Source: Girardia tigrina (lineage: Eukaryota). Taken from it: a stretch of DNA of 64,000 bases. The stretch's first letter is position 1, and the number at the start of each line of letters is the position of its first letter. A model generated the notes under the pieces. The model worked only from the letters and a program-made list of their open reading frames with translations. It was not told where the DNA came from and did not search any database. The translations under genes were made by a program, and so were the position numbers. The stretch is from assembly GCA_001938485.1 (NCBI GenBank), contig MQRK01183933.1, forward strand, positions 23,681 through 87,680. Reading direction: 5' to 3'. Below are positions 13,725 through 26,673 of this stretch, piece by piece.

Positions 13725-14854
13725 TTAGGTAAGGGAATGTTGTAGTTTGAATGTGACAAAAATACATAGATTTTTTTTAATAGATGTTCACACAAGCCTC
13801 TCTTACATTTTTTTGAAACTATTTAATTATCCTTTATATAAACCGAGAACATAATCACCATTTATATATAAGGTTGTCAATTATAGAAAAACTTTTCCTG
13901 AATATGATGGAAAATCCACCAAAATATATCGCTAAACAAAAGAAGAATTTCAAATTAATAAATTTTTTCTGTCCCAAATTGCTTTTTTGAATATTTGAAA
14001 GTTTTGCCATTATTGTTTATGTATCTTATTAAAATTTATATATTGTAAAATGATGAAATTTACAAAATATTTTTAAAAAAGATATTAATATAATTTTGTA
14101 TAATTTTAATTGAAAGACATTTTTAAAATTTGTTAAAATATTTTTTTAAATGAATCAAAGTATAAATTTATTTAAAATTCTTATAACGTAAATGTTTTTT
14201 AAAATAATTTCTACTAAATTCTGAGGTTTAAAGGTAACTTAAAATTATTATTTGTAATAAATATTTTTGAAATTAAAAGATAATAAATATTTTAGAAAGT
14301 TAAAGAAAATTAGTTTGTATAATCATTATTAAAAAGATAAAAATAAAAATCAATCAGAAAGACATCAAATTGTGAAGGATCTTCCAAGAGTTGTCATGGC
14401 TCTAAATGTTATGTTAATAAATGTTATCAAAATAATTGTATCAGTGCTATTAACACTCAATATTTTTTATTTACAAAAAAAATATATTTTTTACATATTA
14501 TAAAGAAAGTATTACTATTTTACTAAAATATTATTATGGTATAAAAACATTAATAATTTATTTTATTTGATTGTACGTGCGGATTAACCATAAAACGAAA
14601 GTACACAAGTCATATAATAATATTGTTAAACATTTCCGAATCCTACGGCATTTTTTCATATCTTTTCATATTGTTTTTAGAATTATTTTAAATATAATTT
14701 TAATTTTAATATTTTTTTAGCGCTATTTAATAATTATTCCTGCTTAAGTAATAAATTGAAAAGAAGTATATCAAAACTTTTGCTAATTTCCTTAAACAGT
14801 TATAATTTAGTATTTAATTTAGAAGAGTAATATTATAATTTAGTTCGCTTTATA

Positions 14855-15161
14855 TGTAGTTAAGCGCCTCGGTTACAACCCTATCATTAAAATAAAGTAC
14901 GTTCTCATATCCGTAGTTGAAACAAAAATAAAGATCGGCATTAAAAACTTGTTAAAACGACCTGAATTATACATTAATTTATAGAAGAAAATCTGTTTAT
15001 ATATTTTCGAAGTAAGCAATGTTTAGTTATAATAAATTAGAATTAATAATTAAATCTTTGAAGGTACTACTAAACCCTCTTGGATATCGTTGTTCTAAAA
15101 AATACAAAGTTTATTATAAACAATTATATCAGTTTGTCCAAGAACAACTGTGGTGCTCCGG
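14855..15161 (+). mobile_element. possible short LTR with PBS
   Basis: TGTAG...AACA (14855-15146) containing AATAAA, then TGGTGCTCCGG at 15151; no internal region follows. Confidence 0.35.
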
Positions 15162-15233
15162 TCAAACGATCGAAATAAAAAAAAACTTTCAAAACTTATT
15201 TTTCTTTAATTAAATTAAATACAAAAAAAATAG

Positions 15234-15890
15234 TGTAACAGGTTTAAATTTTGTAATTGAACTATTCGGATAAATAAATGTCTTTTCTTTGGTAACAGTC
15301 ATTTTGTTAATGGATAATAATTTGAACCACACTGTGCTATAGCAGCCCTGATCGGTCGAATCCCGTGCGCCATCGCCTCACACAATTCGGCGACGCACGG
15401 CGGATCCATGTTACCACACCAACTGCACATACGGGTCACCGGTCGACGAACCGAGACGATTATCCACTACTTTGAGCTGCATCGGGGGTCACGGAAAGAT
15501 GCACGCGGCCCGGGAAGCCGCAGCAAACCGGATTGGGGACCGCTATTCAGCAGTCGGTTGATCCTTTCGTCCAAACGGTTATTTCTCACAACGAGAAACT
15601 TGTTCTGGCCTTCACAGCCAGATCCGGAAGCCAGCACGATCGGGTTCTCCTAACTAAAGTCATTCTTTGAAGCATTTTTTGTTAGTATTGCTTCGACAAC
15701 GAGATCCAGAATCGCGTAGTGTTTCGCGACTTGCATTGTGTTGTTTCTTCTATACAAACAAAATATGTGTATTTGAGTCTCAGAAGTCACTTCTTGGTTT
15801 GTTCGCAATGACGTATGTTGGGAGATTGTTTGTTAGCAGTCAAACAAGGTCAGGTTATCATCTTCAAAAAGATAAAAATGTAAACGAACA
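15234..15890 (-). mobile_element. GC-rich LTR-like element with multiple hairpins
   Basis: TG...CA ends, GC-rich core 15335-15650 with strong stem-loops; shares ordered motifs with 28185-28868; no TSD found. Confidence 0.4.
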
Positions 15891-17229
15891 TAATTTAAAT
15901 TTAAATATTTAAATATATATATGTTGAAATTCTCATTAATAAATGTAATTTAAAATGAGATTAATTTCAGATTTTAATAAAAAAAAGAAATATTATTTCT
16001 TATGTTTGAAAAATAATCAAATAATTTAAAAAATATATTTTCCCTTTTATTTTAGGCCTGTTGATAATCTTAAGAGATTATCGAAAATCATAATAATTCC
16101 ATTTAATCATGGATTTTTATTTATTATTTAATAAAATGTGATAAATATTTAATTAGAAATTATATATTAATTTCATATTTCCAATTCTTGTTAGATCATA
16201 GCAACTCACAAAAAATGTGGCATCCATATTTTAGGTTGAAATCATTTTTTAATTTCCATATGTCTGATTAATTTTCATACTGATTATTAGAATTTTTTTC
16301 ATATACAACATAAATTAAAATATTGTGCCATAAACCTGAAAGAAAACCTTAATTATACAACGCACTTCGAAACTTGTTTCTTTATCTATGAATCACAGGG
16401 AACTATTCACTTAGAAAACTAATTACATTCTTTCACAACAAGTACAACAATCATTCCAGCAAAAGAAAATCGGGTTTTATAGTTTACGTGGTGACGTCAA
16501 AATACCTGAGACTGATAGATTAATTATTAATGTATGAGCCTGATTTTTTATGTGAAAGAAGTACATCTTCATTGGTAAAATCTATTGCATTTGTTTTAAT
16601 GTTTAGAGTTTAAAGGCATCTACATGCTGCAAATAAGTGTGGCTTATTGTGAAGAGGTCCATTTTACATGAGAAACGTACAAGTGGTTTTACGAATGTAA
16701 GTACGTCAGAACATTTGTTTTCGAGGAAATGAACTGAAGACCGCAAGAAATTATCTGGAAAGAGATTAGAAAAACTGATGAAAATCTTTCCAAATGAATA
16801 GAAAGTGATTAAGGAAACACTTGTAAATGGATTACAAGTCAGGTATTGAAAATGTATTATATACTCCGTTCCATAGGGGTAAGTATGTTATGATCGTGGT
16901 TCATACCTTACTTTCTTAACGCGGACATGTGTGAGAAACGACTTTAGTGCTATTAAGAGAACTTTAAAATTTCTATCGAAATTGGTGCTCTATTCCTGGG
17001 ACAAATGCTGAGGACAAAAAAACACTTTTCTTCTACATCCCAGAATACAGAAGTTCTTTAAAAGAATAAGATCTTCCAGGAGAAGTCGCCTCTCAAAAAA
17101 TATGTAGAGTTATTGATGGCCATTCTTTTGGATTTGAATCGAGTAGTTCACATTTATTTACTTGATAATGCCATAAAAATCAGAAACACGTAAAAAAAAG
17201 CAAACGCCCTACTGTCAAACACTTTATTT

Positions 17230-18276
17230 ACTCCACGACACTGCGCCCATTCCCCAATGAACTGTTGCCCAGCCTGCTGTTTATTGAAGTGACTTTTTAA
17301 TCTTCCCAACAGTAGTGATTGTCATATGAAGAACCAAAGAACATATGAAGTTTTACCAGGATAGCTGTCTTCAGGTTTTCCAGCAAACTGCAGTAGTATG
17401 TTGTCGTCATGGTTTTCCATTTTCTAACACATCCATAAAGATCACATCTTTCGAATCCCAGAAGACGGTAGCCAGATGCTTCCTCGAAGTTAACCTCACT
17501 TTGGATTCTGAAGCAGGCTCATCGTCACTTCCATGCCAAGATTTGAGATTGTATGAGGATGTATTTTCCCAGAATACCCACATCTTATCTACAGTCACTA
17601 TACGGTGCAGGAAGTTGTTGCTGCGGTACATAGCAAGCAGTTTTTCACACACAGACATTCTCTTTTCCTTAGCAGCTTTTGTTAAAACATGTGGAACCTA
17701 CACGTTGGCGAGGTAACGTTTGTTCATTTTCATGAGATTCTGACGCACTGCTTCGTGGCCAATTCCAATTTCTTGGTCAATCAATCTCGTTGTGGCAAAT
17801 TCGTTTTCCTCTAGAATTCGTTCTATATCTGCAGCTACCTCATAAGAAGGTCGCCCACTGCGAACTTTTTCATTTACCTTGAAGTTACCGTTCTCTAATT
17901 TCTTTACTCAGTTGGAACATGTACGTAACGTAATTGTTCCTTCTCCCAGTCTATGGTTTATGTCTTTTGCAATGTCTACAGCTGATAATTTACGCTTCCA
18001 ACAATAGAAAATAAGCTTTCTCACGTCTTCTCTGTTGAAATTCATAGTTTACTTTGAAAAATGGAAAAATATTGTAATATCGTATTACTCTAAATAAACA
18101 ATTTTTAATTTATTGCATTTTTTATTATGTAAACTCAAATAAATATTAATAAACTTTTGATAGTTATAATGTGTATTAATCATACAATATGCACACCAAA
18201 TTTGGATTTCTTAGCGGTCATAGATCTCCAGATACAATGACAAATACATTGGAAAAAAACTTAGTTGACAACCCTG
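17230..18276 (-). mobile_element. 3'-truncated mariner element
   Basis: Terminus CAGGGTTGTCAACTAAG with TA; ATG at 18045, VRSGRP, *VPHVLT, LHRIVTVDKMW, ATVFWDSKDVI; stops; second TIR not found. Confidence 0.85.
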
Positions 18277-19207
18277 TATATAATCAGAAAAGTATTATAA
18301 TAGAAGTATTTATCATATTTATCATCTTGTACCTAAACCAAACATTTACACAACCTTGTAAATTAAAATTCTATCAGGAATTGTAAATATTATTTTACTT
18401 TCATATACATTTATGAGTTAAATGAGTCCCGGCAGTTAATAAAGTGTTAATGTATATCTAAAAATAATTTAAATATGGTGATTTTATAAAATTATATAAG
18501 GTTTATAACTTGTCATTTTATTGATTATTAAAAATAAGTTTCCTTTATGCAATCAAAATTCATAAATAAATATTATTTATACTTTTTTCCTTGAATTTAA
18601 TAAAAACCTTATAAATTTATTCTGAACAATCAATAACCAAAGAACACATAAAATAATAAAATTTAATGTTTCCCTAAAACAGATTTTTTATATATTAAAG
18701 TTCTGCTCCAGGTGTAAATCATAGATCGAATATTTTATTAAAATTAACAAAAAATATAATTTATGATCTATTATAACGTTATTAAGAAATAATAATTTGC
18801 TTTTAGAACCTGATATGATATGGAACTTAAGGTTCTTTAAGAGGATCAAGAGAACTTTTTGCTTTGTGAATGTAGTTTTTCCCCAGAAAAATTTTAAATC
18901 TTCGCGGTTAATCAATGTTTTTCGACTGTTTTCAATTAAGTACCAACAGCGACCATTATCTGGATAAATATGACCGCATTTACGATGTAGTTGAAATGAA
19001 AAGAACGCTCAAAAGAAGTAAAATTATCTTTCACCATGAAAGTATGTGTCCTACTGTCTAGTTACCCATTTTTAAATTTTATTTTTAAATTTTCGATTTC
19101 GAATTCAATGCAAAAACCAAAACTCAATTCACCTTTTTAAAAATTTTATTATTATTTCAATTACAAATTATTACAATTGATGCAGTAAAACAATACTGCA
19201 ATTTTTT

Positions 19208-19249
<42 letters not shown>

Positions 19250-19252
<3 letters not shown>

Positions 19253-21045
19253 GGTGGGTCGAATGTTAATAAATTTTGAGTCCAAGAAAGGAAACATGGT
19301 TAAAAAGTTGTATTTTGGTATAGAAACATCGAATCAAACCATTTTACTTAGATTTATNNNNNNNNNNNNNNNNNNNNNNNNNNNNNNNNNNNNNNNNNNN
19401 NNNNNNNNNNNNNNNNNNNNNNNNNNNNNNNNNNNNNNNNNNNNNNNNNNNNNNNNNNNNNNNNNNNNNNNNNNNNNNNNNNNNNNNNNNNNNNNNNNNN
19501 NNNNNNNNNNNNNNNNNNNNNNNNNNNNNNNNNNNNNNNNNNNNNNNNNNNNNNNNNNNNNNNNNNNNNNNNNNNNNNNNNNNNNNNNNNNNNNNNNNNN
19601 NNNNNNNNNNNNNNNNNNNNNNNNNNNNNNNNNNNNNNNNNNNNNNNNNNNNNNNNNNNNNNNNNNNNNNNNNNNNNNNNNNNNNNNNNNNNNNNNNNNN
19701 NNNNNNNNNNNNNNNNNNNNNNNNNNNNNNNNNNNNNNNNNNNNNNNNNNNNNNNNNNNNNNNNNNNNNNNNNNNNNNNNNNNNNNNNNNNNNNNNNNNN
19801 NNNNNNNNNNNNNNNNNNNNNNNNNNNNNNNNNNNNNNNNNNNNNNNNNNNNNNNNNNNNNNNNNNNNNNNNNNNNNNNNNNNNNNNNNNNNNNNNNNNN
19901 NNNNNNNNNNNNNNNNNNNNNNNNNNNNNNNNNNNNNNNNNNNNNNNNNNNNNNNNNNNNNNNNNNNNNNNNNNNNNNNNNNNNNNNNNNNNNNNNNNNN
20001 NNNNNNNNNNNNNNNNNNNNNNNNNNNNNNNNNNNNNNNNNNNNNNNNNNNNNNNNNNNNNNNNNNNNNNNNNNNNNNNNNNNNNNNNNNNNNNNNNNNN
20101 NNNNNNNNNNNNNNNNNNNNNNNNNNNNNNNNNNNNNNNNNNNNNNNNNNNNNNNNNNNNNNNNNNNNNNNNNNNNNNNNNNNNNNNNNNNNNNNNNNNN
20201 NNNNNNNNNNNNNNNNNNNNNNNNNNNNNNNNNNNNNNNNNNNNNNNNNNNNNNNNNNNNNNNNNNNNNNNNNNNNNNNNNNNAGGATCCTTCTATGAAG
20301 TAAGGTGGAATCTTGTTTCCCGTCGAAACCGAGGCAAATCAAGTTTTTCGCTTCTGCTGAATGCTGTTCAATTTCTCTCTCCCTCCAGTACTTTCTCTGA
20401 CGTCGTAATTTTGCGGGATCGATGATTGTTTGAGAGGATAACAGTTCCATATCTTTCAGAAAAGCGTTTACTAGCAAACACGTGTCTCTGTTGCTCACAC
20501 CACATCTGTCAATAGCTTTACTTAATTCAGGATAATGTCTTCTATTTTGAAATTCATGACATTCTTCTACGCTTGACTCTGAGCTTTCTGTTGAATTGTC
20601 TAACTTATCTTTACTTTCATCACTAGCGGCTTCACTCTCCGTGTCACTTCTTGAGGTCGGATGTAGATCGTTAACTTCAGTGTCCATTATTTCATTTTTC
20701 ACTTGTTTTCCTTTTCCTGTAGGACTGCTTTTCGTTTGTTTTCTCTTCAATTCTGAGGTTTCCTGTCTGTCCGTATTTCCGATTTTCATGTTTCTGGTAG
20801 TTTGTTGGTCAATCCAGAACTTCCACTCTAAGGTAGGAATTTTCAAGCGTGTGACTGCTTGCAGGATGAATTTACAATGGCACGTGTGCGAGCATTTTTA
20901 CTGGGATAGTACTAATACATACAAACAAAAGTTGGGACCTGTAAACCCTTTTAAACAACAGTCTTTTGCACGGATATTTCATTTTCTAGCATAAGCACAA
21001 CTTTTTAGGCATGTTTGGAGAAAAAAAAATTTTTGACCCACCCTA
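19250..21045 (-). mobile_element. TIR DNA transposon, hATm-like, internally deleted or gapped
   Basis: TIRs TAGGGTGGGTC / GACCCACCCTA, both flanked by ATATATAT; ORF 20846-20285 with KIP..E..F..DQ...R.M.IG and LGFDGKQD motifs. Family name is from recollection, not a search. Confidence 0.6.
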
Positions 21046-21189
21046 ATATATATATATATATTTAGAGAAAAAATTAGAATTTATTCAATAATAAGTTTTA
21101 ACTTTTTTGTATGATTTATCAAATTTCAAAACAAAATGTCAGATAATGCTAAAAACTGAAATTTTTATACACACAAATGCTTATAATAA

Positions 21190-24100
21190 ATTGATTCATT
21201 AATTTGGATATTCAACTGTCGACTGTTGTATCCTAAAATCTGTTGCCAGTTATGACTGGGAACTATTTCCTTTATCACTTTATTATCTCATAGAAGTTCC
21301 AACGGACCATCATATCAATCGATCTCTAAAACTTCGGTTATATTATGACTGCCGGAAAAGTGGATTTAATCAAAAAATAACACCTTATTCTACCGTGAAA
21401 TCGAACAACTGCTATTGTGGGACTTGTCCATCACCAGGTTACTTTTAAAAGTGTAATGACTGAGGCTCATATAAAACCCTTTGAATAAAACTACGACAAA
21501 TGGAAATGATATCTGTCTCCCTAAAATACGAGAAAACGCCCACATAAAAATAATACTTTTAAAAATGAATAGAAAATTCTGAAATTAATTTATTTTCTCA
21601 TTATTAAGAACACCAGTATGTGTTGCGGTCAAAAACCCAAATGCAATTTTACAACCCGAAGAAAGAAAAAGATCTTCGATCTATCCATTTTTCCCCAGCG
21701 AAAGTTGCAAATATCGTAGAGACTAAAATAAGAGATAACGAGAATAGATAAAGTCGAATAAAAAATTATCCGATGACGGAAAAGGAAGATCAACCCCTCC
21801 CCGGATAGCACATTGCGGGAAGTATCCAAAAGAATAATCCGTTGGAGATTTGCATGCCCTTGAGAGAAGTTATGAACCTTAAAAGGAAAAAGTTAATTAA
21901 AAACGAACTCAAAAAATGATAAAGTCCCTTACCGGATTATCCAGTGGAGTTAGGTGGTCATCCGACCCTCCCAGGAAAGAGCATCGCAAGAGTAATCATT
22001 GAGCGAGACTTGCAAAACCGTGCGACCTTCGAAAGAAAAGATATGGTCCCTTAAAGAAACGCAAAAAAATCAAAATAATCATAAAGATTAATTAAAAAAC
22101 TTACATGAATCAGACTGTGTTTCTAAAAATAAAATTGATGATTATTCATAATGAATAATCTTGTCAGCAGACTTTCTCTACCACAACGTCACTAGCGCTC
22201 TATTGCAGATAGTCTCGCATGCAAGTTAATACAGAGCCGGTAAGAAGAGTAGCTAACAGCAACATACCATCCAGATGTTCACTGACAGCGTTTAAGCACA
22301 CCGCACGTGAATTCCGACTTTTCTAAATCAATAACAGAGAATCGCTGCTATAAATATTGCGGCTCAAATTAGTTAATCGCACAATTTTAATCATACAAGT
22401 TAAGCGCATAAATTTTCTTGATAAAAATTTCGACAGAATTTTGGACAAGAACTTTAGCACCGATTTTACGGAGATAGACAAGTCAATTGACATTAAGAGA
22501 CGAAAGCATCAACCCGAAACCGATAGTGCAACCGGAATTTCGAATCTCAACGTGTCGATTGAAACAATAACCGCATTAGAACGATCATCAACAATTTCCT
22601 CCGGATTCCGATAACATTGTAAATTTTTATTCTCTATTATTTTATGGTGTACTGATTTCTTAAAAATTGAATATGTGTATAATATAAACACAATTTTCTT
22701 TTGGTTAATTTTGTTTAGCCTTTACGTTGATTTCATTTTTCATATAATCCCGAAAGGGAGTTAAGTCTCATCGTCGTTGTCGTCGTACTCCAAATGCATT
22801 CAGTAAACCCCTGTCGAAAGCACTAATCCAAACTATCGAGCGAGAGGATAGGAGAAAATTATCAGACGCGATTGGTCGATAATCGCGAATAATAGGAAAG
22901 ACTGTTACAAAAAGAAAATAATAAATTTACTACAAAGTCAAGTTCAGCAGAGCGCGACCGCCTGCAGGCTGAGACATCATAGATCAATTAAGGGATAGAG
23001 AATTATAAACAAGTAATCCATAACGTGTACATAAATCGATAACGAGATATTGAGTGATAATTAGCAGGCGACTATGACGAGAGAGACAGTTAACTGAACG
23101 AATAACTTGATGAATCGATATGACTATGATTAAGAAAAATTACTATTGGTGTTTTATCAATTTTTTAAATATATTTTCCGATATTTTAATTCTGATATTT
23201 TAATATTTTAATAATAACTGATATTACATAACCACTATTAACGAACCTGTTGTTGATGCGTCTATGGTATTCAAGGTTGTTATAGTTTTGTGTTGATAAT
23301 CTGACGAACATCGTATTTAAACAAATCAGTATGAATTAAGATAAAGTCAATCTGAGAGAATTTAAAATTAGAAACGATGCGACCGAAAGGGAAACGAATT
23401 AAAATAAAAGCAATGTGATCTGGAACGAATTAATACAAAATTAAAAATAACTTGAAGTGAATTACTATAAGTATAATCTGATATGAATGAAAATAAGATT
23501 AATTTGTTATGAATCCGTGTAAAAATGGTTTGATGCGAATTAATGAACTGACATGAGTTCATATAGAATAAGTTGGCATAATTACATCGAAACTGATCTG
23601 GCGCGAATTAACGTGAAACGAATTGCTATGAATTAGCCAATACAAAGCAAGCCGAGGAAGCAATGTACAAATTGCGAGAAGTAGTGAAGTTAATTGATAA
23701 ATTGATAACGCGATAAATCAACAGATTGATAAATTAATAAATTGATATAAATCGATTGCTCGGGAATGAAGTAATGTGAAACCGGTAATTATACATAATG
23801 GTAATGATACATAATAATCTTGTTTATAATCGATGTAAAAACGCAACATTGCCGCAATTCTAACAACACACAACAATGTCACAAGTCTAATGATATACAT
23901 TACATAACAGTGCTACAAGTTGGGGAATATCAACATGACCTTCCTACAGACATGAGCGATACGTTCTTCAGAGTTACATAATCACTTACCCCTTTTGATA
24001 CTGACCCAGGTGGGTGGCCCATAGTCTATCCCATCTTGAACTGAACCCGAAGGCCCATCGAGCTCGGCACTATCAGTCAGATGTCGAGTAAGAAGAGGCG

Positions 24101-24215
24101 TCCGACACACTTACAGACAGGAGTAAACAAATTTTCAAAATAACATTGGGTTGTGATTGACCCTTAACAATCACTGGGGGCTCTTGAGCTAACAAAAGTG
24201 TTTCAACTCAAAGGG
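21190..24215 (+). mobile_element. heavily decayed LTR-retrotransposon internal 3' region, interrupted by the solo LTR
   Basis: Integrase C-terminus-like fragments join across the solo LTR; purine tract AAAGGGG near 24210. Confidence 0.3.
21452..22909 (+). mobile_element. 1458-bp solo LTR
   Basis: TGTAA...TTACA termini; exact 5-bp TSD AAAAG (21447-21451, 22910-22914); TATAAATA at ~22349. Confidence 0.85.
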
Positions 24216-24219
24216 GTCG

Positions 24220-24543
24220 CGACATATGACTTTTAATATTTTTATTAATAATAGAAGCTTGATTGTCTTAAGAATAATCTTTGTTAAAGCTTTCGAACTA
24301 TTGCATCCGTCTAATTATTTAATTACTTTAATTTTATTATCTGAGCAAACGGAGATTTACATAAATTGTTAAAATACTTATTCAAAATTTTATTGGTTAA
24401 AAATTACAATGAATATTAATTATTTAAAGATATTAATTAAATTTAGTTATTTAAAAATTGTAAATAAAATTAATCAAAATATTTAAAATTTTATAATTAT
24501 TTTAAATTAGAAATAAATTTAAACATTCCAAATATTCCTCACA
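24220..24543 (-). mobile_element. solo LTR copy, TGTGAGG family
   Basis: AATATTCCTCACA at 24531-24543 is the reverse complement of 1080-1092; 24225-24320 aligns in reverse with 1325-1425. Confidence 0.55.
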
Positions 24544-24664
24544 TACATAAAAAATTAACTTCTGTGAAAATTTTCCAGAATCCTAATAAATATATTTTCT
24601 TAATTTTTAAACTAAAAGTATTATTGTTTTTGAAGAAATTGTAGAATCTTTAAAATACAAGAAA

Positions 24665-25133
24665 TGTGAGGAAAATTTTCGAATGATGTTTATTGTATTT
24701 TGTGTTTTGTATGTTGTTTTATTATTGTGTTTCTCCCACTCAGATGAAAGATTGATATTTTGATTGTTTTGAACCGTCGGATTATTCGCACAATTTTAAA
24801 ATTAAATTATTATATTTTAATCAATAAATAAATATAATAAGATTTGATAGTTATTTAAAATATTTTAATAGTATATTATAACCTAAATATTTATTTAATC
24901 ATAAATTATTTCTTTAAAGTCAATTAAAAATATTTTTGAAATTAATTTAAAATTATTTTAGTCAAGAATTGTAATTTAAATTTGTTCGAAAAATTAGAAG
25001 TTTAGAAATAAAATTAAAAATTATCAATCTAGATTAATATGTAACAACAAAATTTTTGTGGAAAATTGTCTACGAGGAAATTCGATTTGTGATATGAATA
25101 AAGGTATTGGAAATCAAATTAGTGTTCTTAATA
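24665..25133 (+). mobile_element. solo LTR copy, TGTGAGG family
   Basis: Begins TGTGAGGAA, shares TGTGTTTCTCCCAC and ends GTGTTCTTAATA like 1080-1436. Confidence 0.65.
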
Positions 25134-26064
25134 ATCAACAAAATCATCCTTCTAATTTAATGTTCAGATAATGCAACGTGTCAGTATTATACGATAAGTA
25201 AAAACCGCTTATGATTTGTGACCACCAGTGATATTTTCCTTCTGTAACACATTTGACATGGTAATATAATAATTTCATTTCTTTAAGAATTAATTAGGAA
25301 GGGGCGTGAATTAATCTTAATATATAATCATATGAATTGCTAATTTTTAATGTGTTAGAATAAAGAAGATATTTCAGAAAAACTGCAAGTTATTTAATTA
25401 TGTTGGTCAAATAATTTTTTAATGATCAATTTGCTTCATAAAGTGATTTGACATAAAATACTTATTCCAAAGCCAAATAAATACAGAATAAATAAACAAT
25501 TAATATTATATTCAGTTTGGTATAAAAATTTTCTCTTTCGATTTTTTTTCATATAGAATATTACAAATCAGGTTTTCCCATTGGTAATATTTTTTTACTT
25601 AAAAAATCATATGGAAATATAAATAATAATTGCTTAGTTTGTCAATATGTGATGTAAATATGAAAAATAAATAAATAAATAGAAAAAATATTTTCACATT
25701 TATTTATTTAGTATGGAGCATATTCGTTTAGTTAATATTTCTACATAAGTTAGATTTGCAACTTTAAAAATTCTAATTTGTATTTGATAATTAAATATTT
25801 TTTTTTAATAAATTAAAAATTATTCATATAATTTTATTCGTTTCAGATATGCTTGTAAAATTATTTATTTAATATATATAATCCATTTGTCTGTAATATA
25901 AAAGTATTTTTTCAGTTAAAAGAAATGCATTAATGTTCTTTTCATTATTATTAAAACAAAAGTACAGAAAAATATATATTTTTCTACAAAAAAATAAAGA
26001 AAAATAAGGTTTTGATATAAAAACTATTTTGTAAAGTTTCTAAAAAAAGAATACTTTTATTTTC

Positions 26065-26660
26065 TTAATGTTCTGGCTTTTTTTGATATTTTCAATCTTC
26101 AGACGAAAAATGTCACATATAATTTATGCATTTTAAGTTAAAATTTATAAATTACTAATTAAATTTCATTGAACTCTTTTCAAAAAATTTTCTTATTGAA
26201 AATTATTGCCTTTAATATTTCAAAAATTAAATTACTTAAAATTTTTTTGCAGTCAAATTTAAAAGTTAAAAAACAATAAAAAATTTATTTATTTACTTTT
26301 TTTAACAATTTACGTTATATTTTACATGTTTGTAGGTTCCGTCATGAGAAATCTCTGTCCTTTATAAGTCATAAATAACAAGTTTCTCCCTTCTGTGTTT
26401 GAAAGTGTTTTCTAAAATTATTCAAATTATTGAAAAAAATGATTTTCTTTGAGTCCAAGATTTATCTTCAGTACCAAGAATGACTTTCGTCTTTCCAATC
26501 TTTGACTTATTCTGTAGATTTAAGATGTTTATTTTGATTAATTATTTTCAGTAAATTGTCTTAATTTTTATATTGAGTCGATGAGTATTGTAATATCTCA
26601 TGACTGACTTGGACCAGTACCATCCGAGGAGCAATACTCTAAACTGCCACCTCTGAATTA
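26065..26660 (-). mobile_element. decayed Penelope-like 3' remnant
   Basis: Fragments resembling GIY-YIG (KHLKSTE, DW, TKVILGTEDKSWTQRK) followed by CTGAAGA-TTGA-AAATA-TCAAAA hammerhead relic near 26080-26104. Confidence 0.45.
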
Positions 26661-26673
26661 TTGTATTTAATTA

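Noticed and set aside
14821-14882. Twister-like GAGTAA / GGTTACAA motifs
   Set aside because: P2 cannot form and the AAGC motif is absent
16500-17200. Possible Sola-like transposase relic
   Set aside because: Only one weak motif (NDFSAIKR); not enough to call
19254-20303. Long ORFs spanning N runs (also near 32.7, 37.4, 48.8 and 53.7 kb)
   Set aside because: Length is an artefact of assembly gaps
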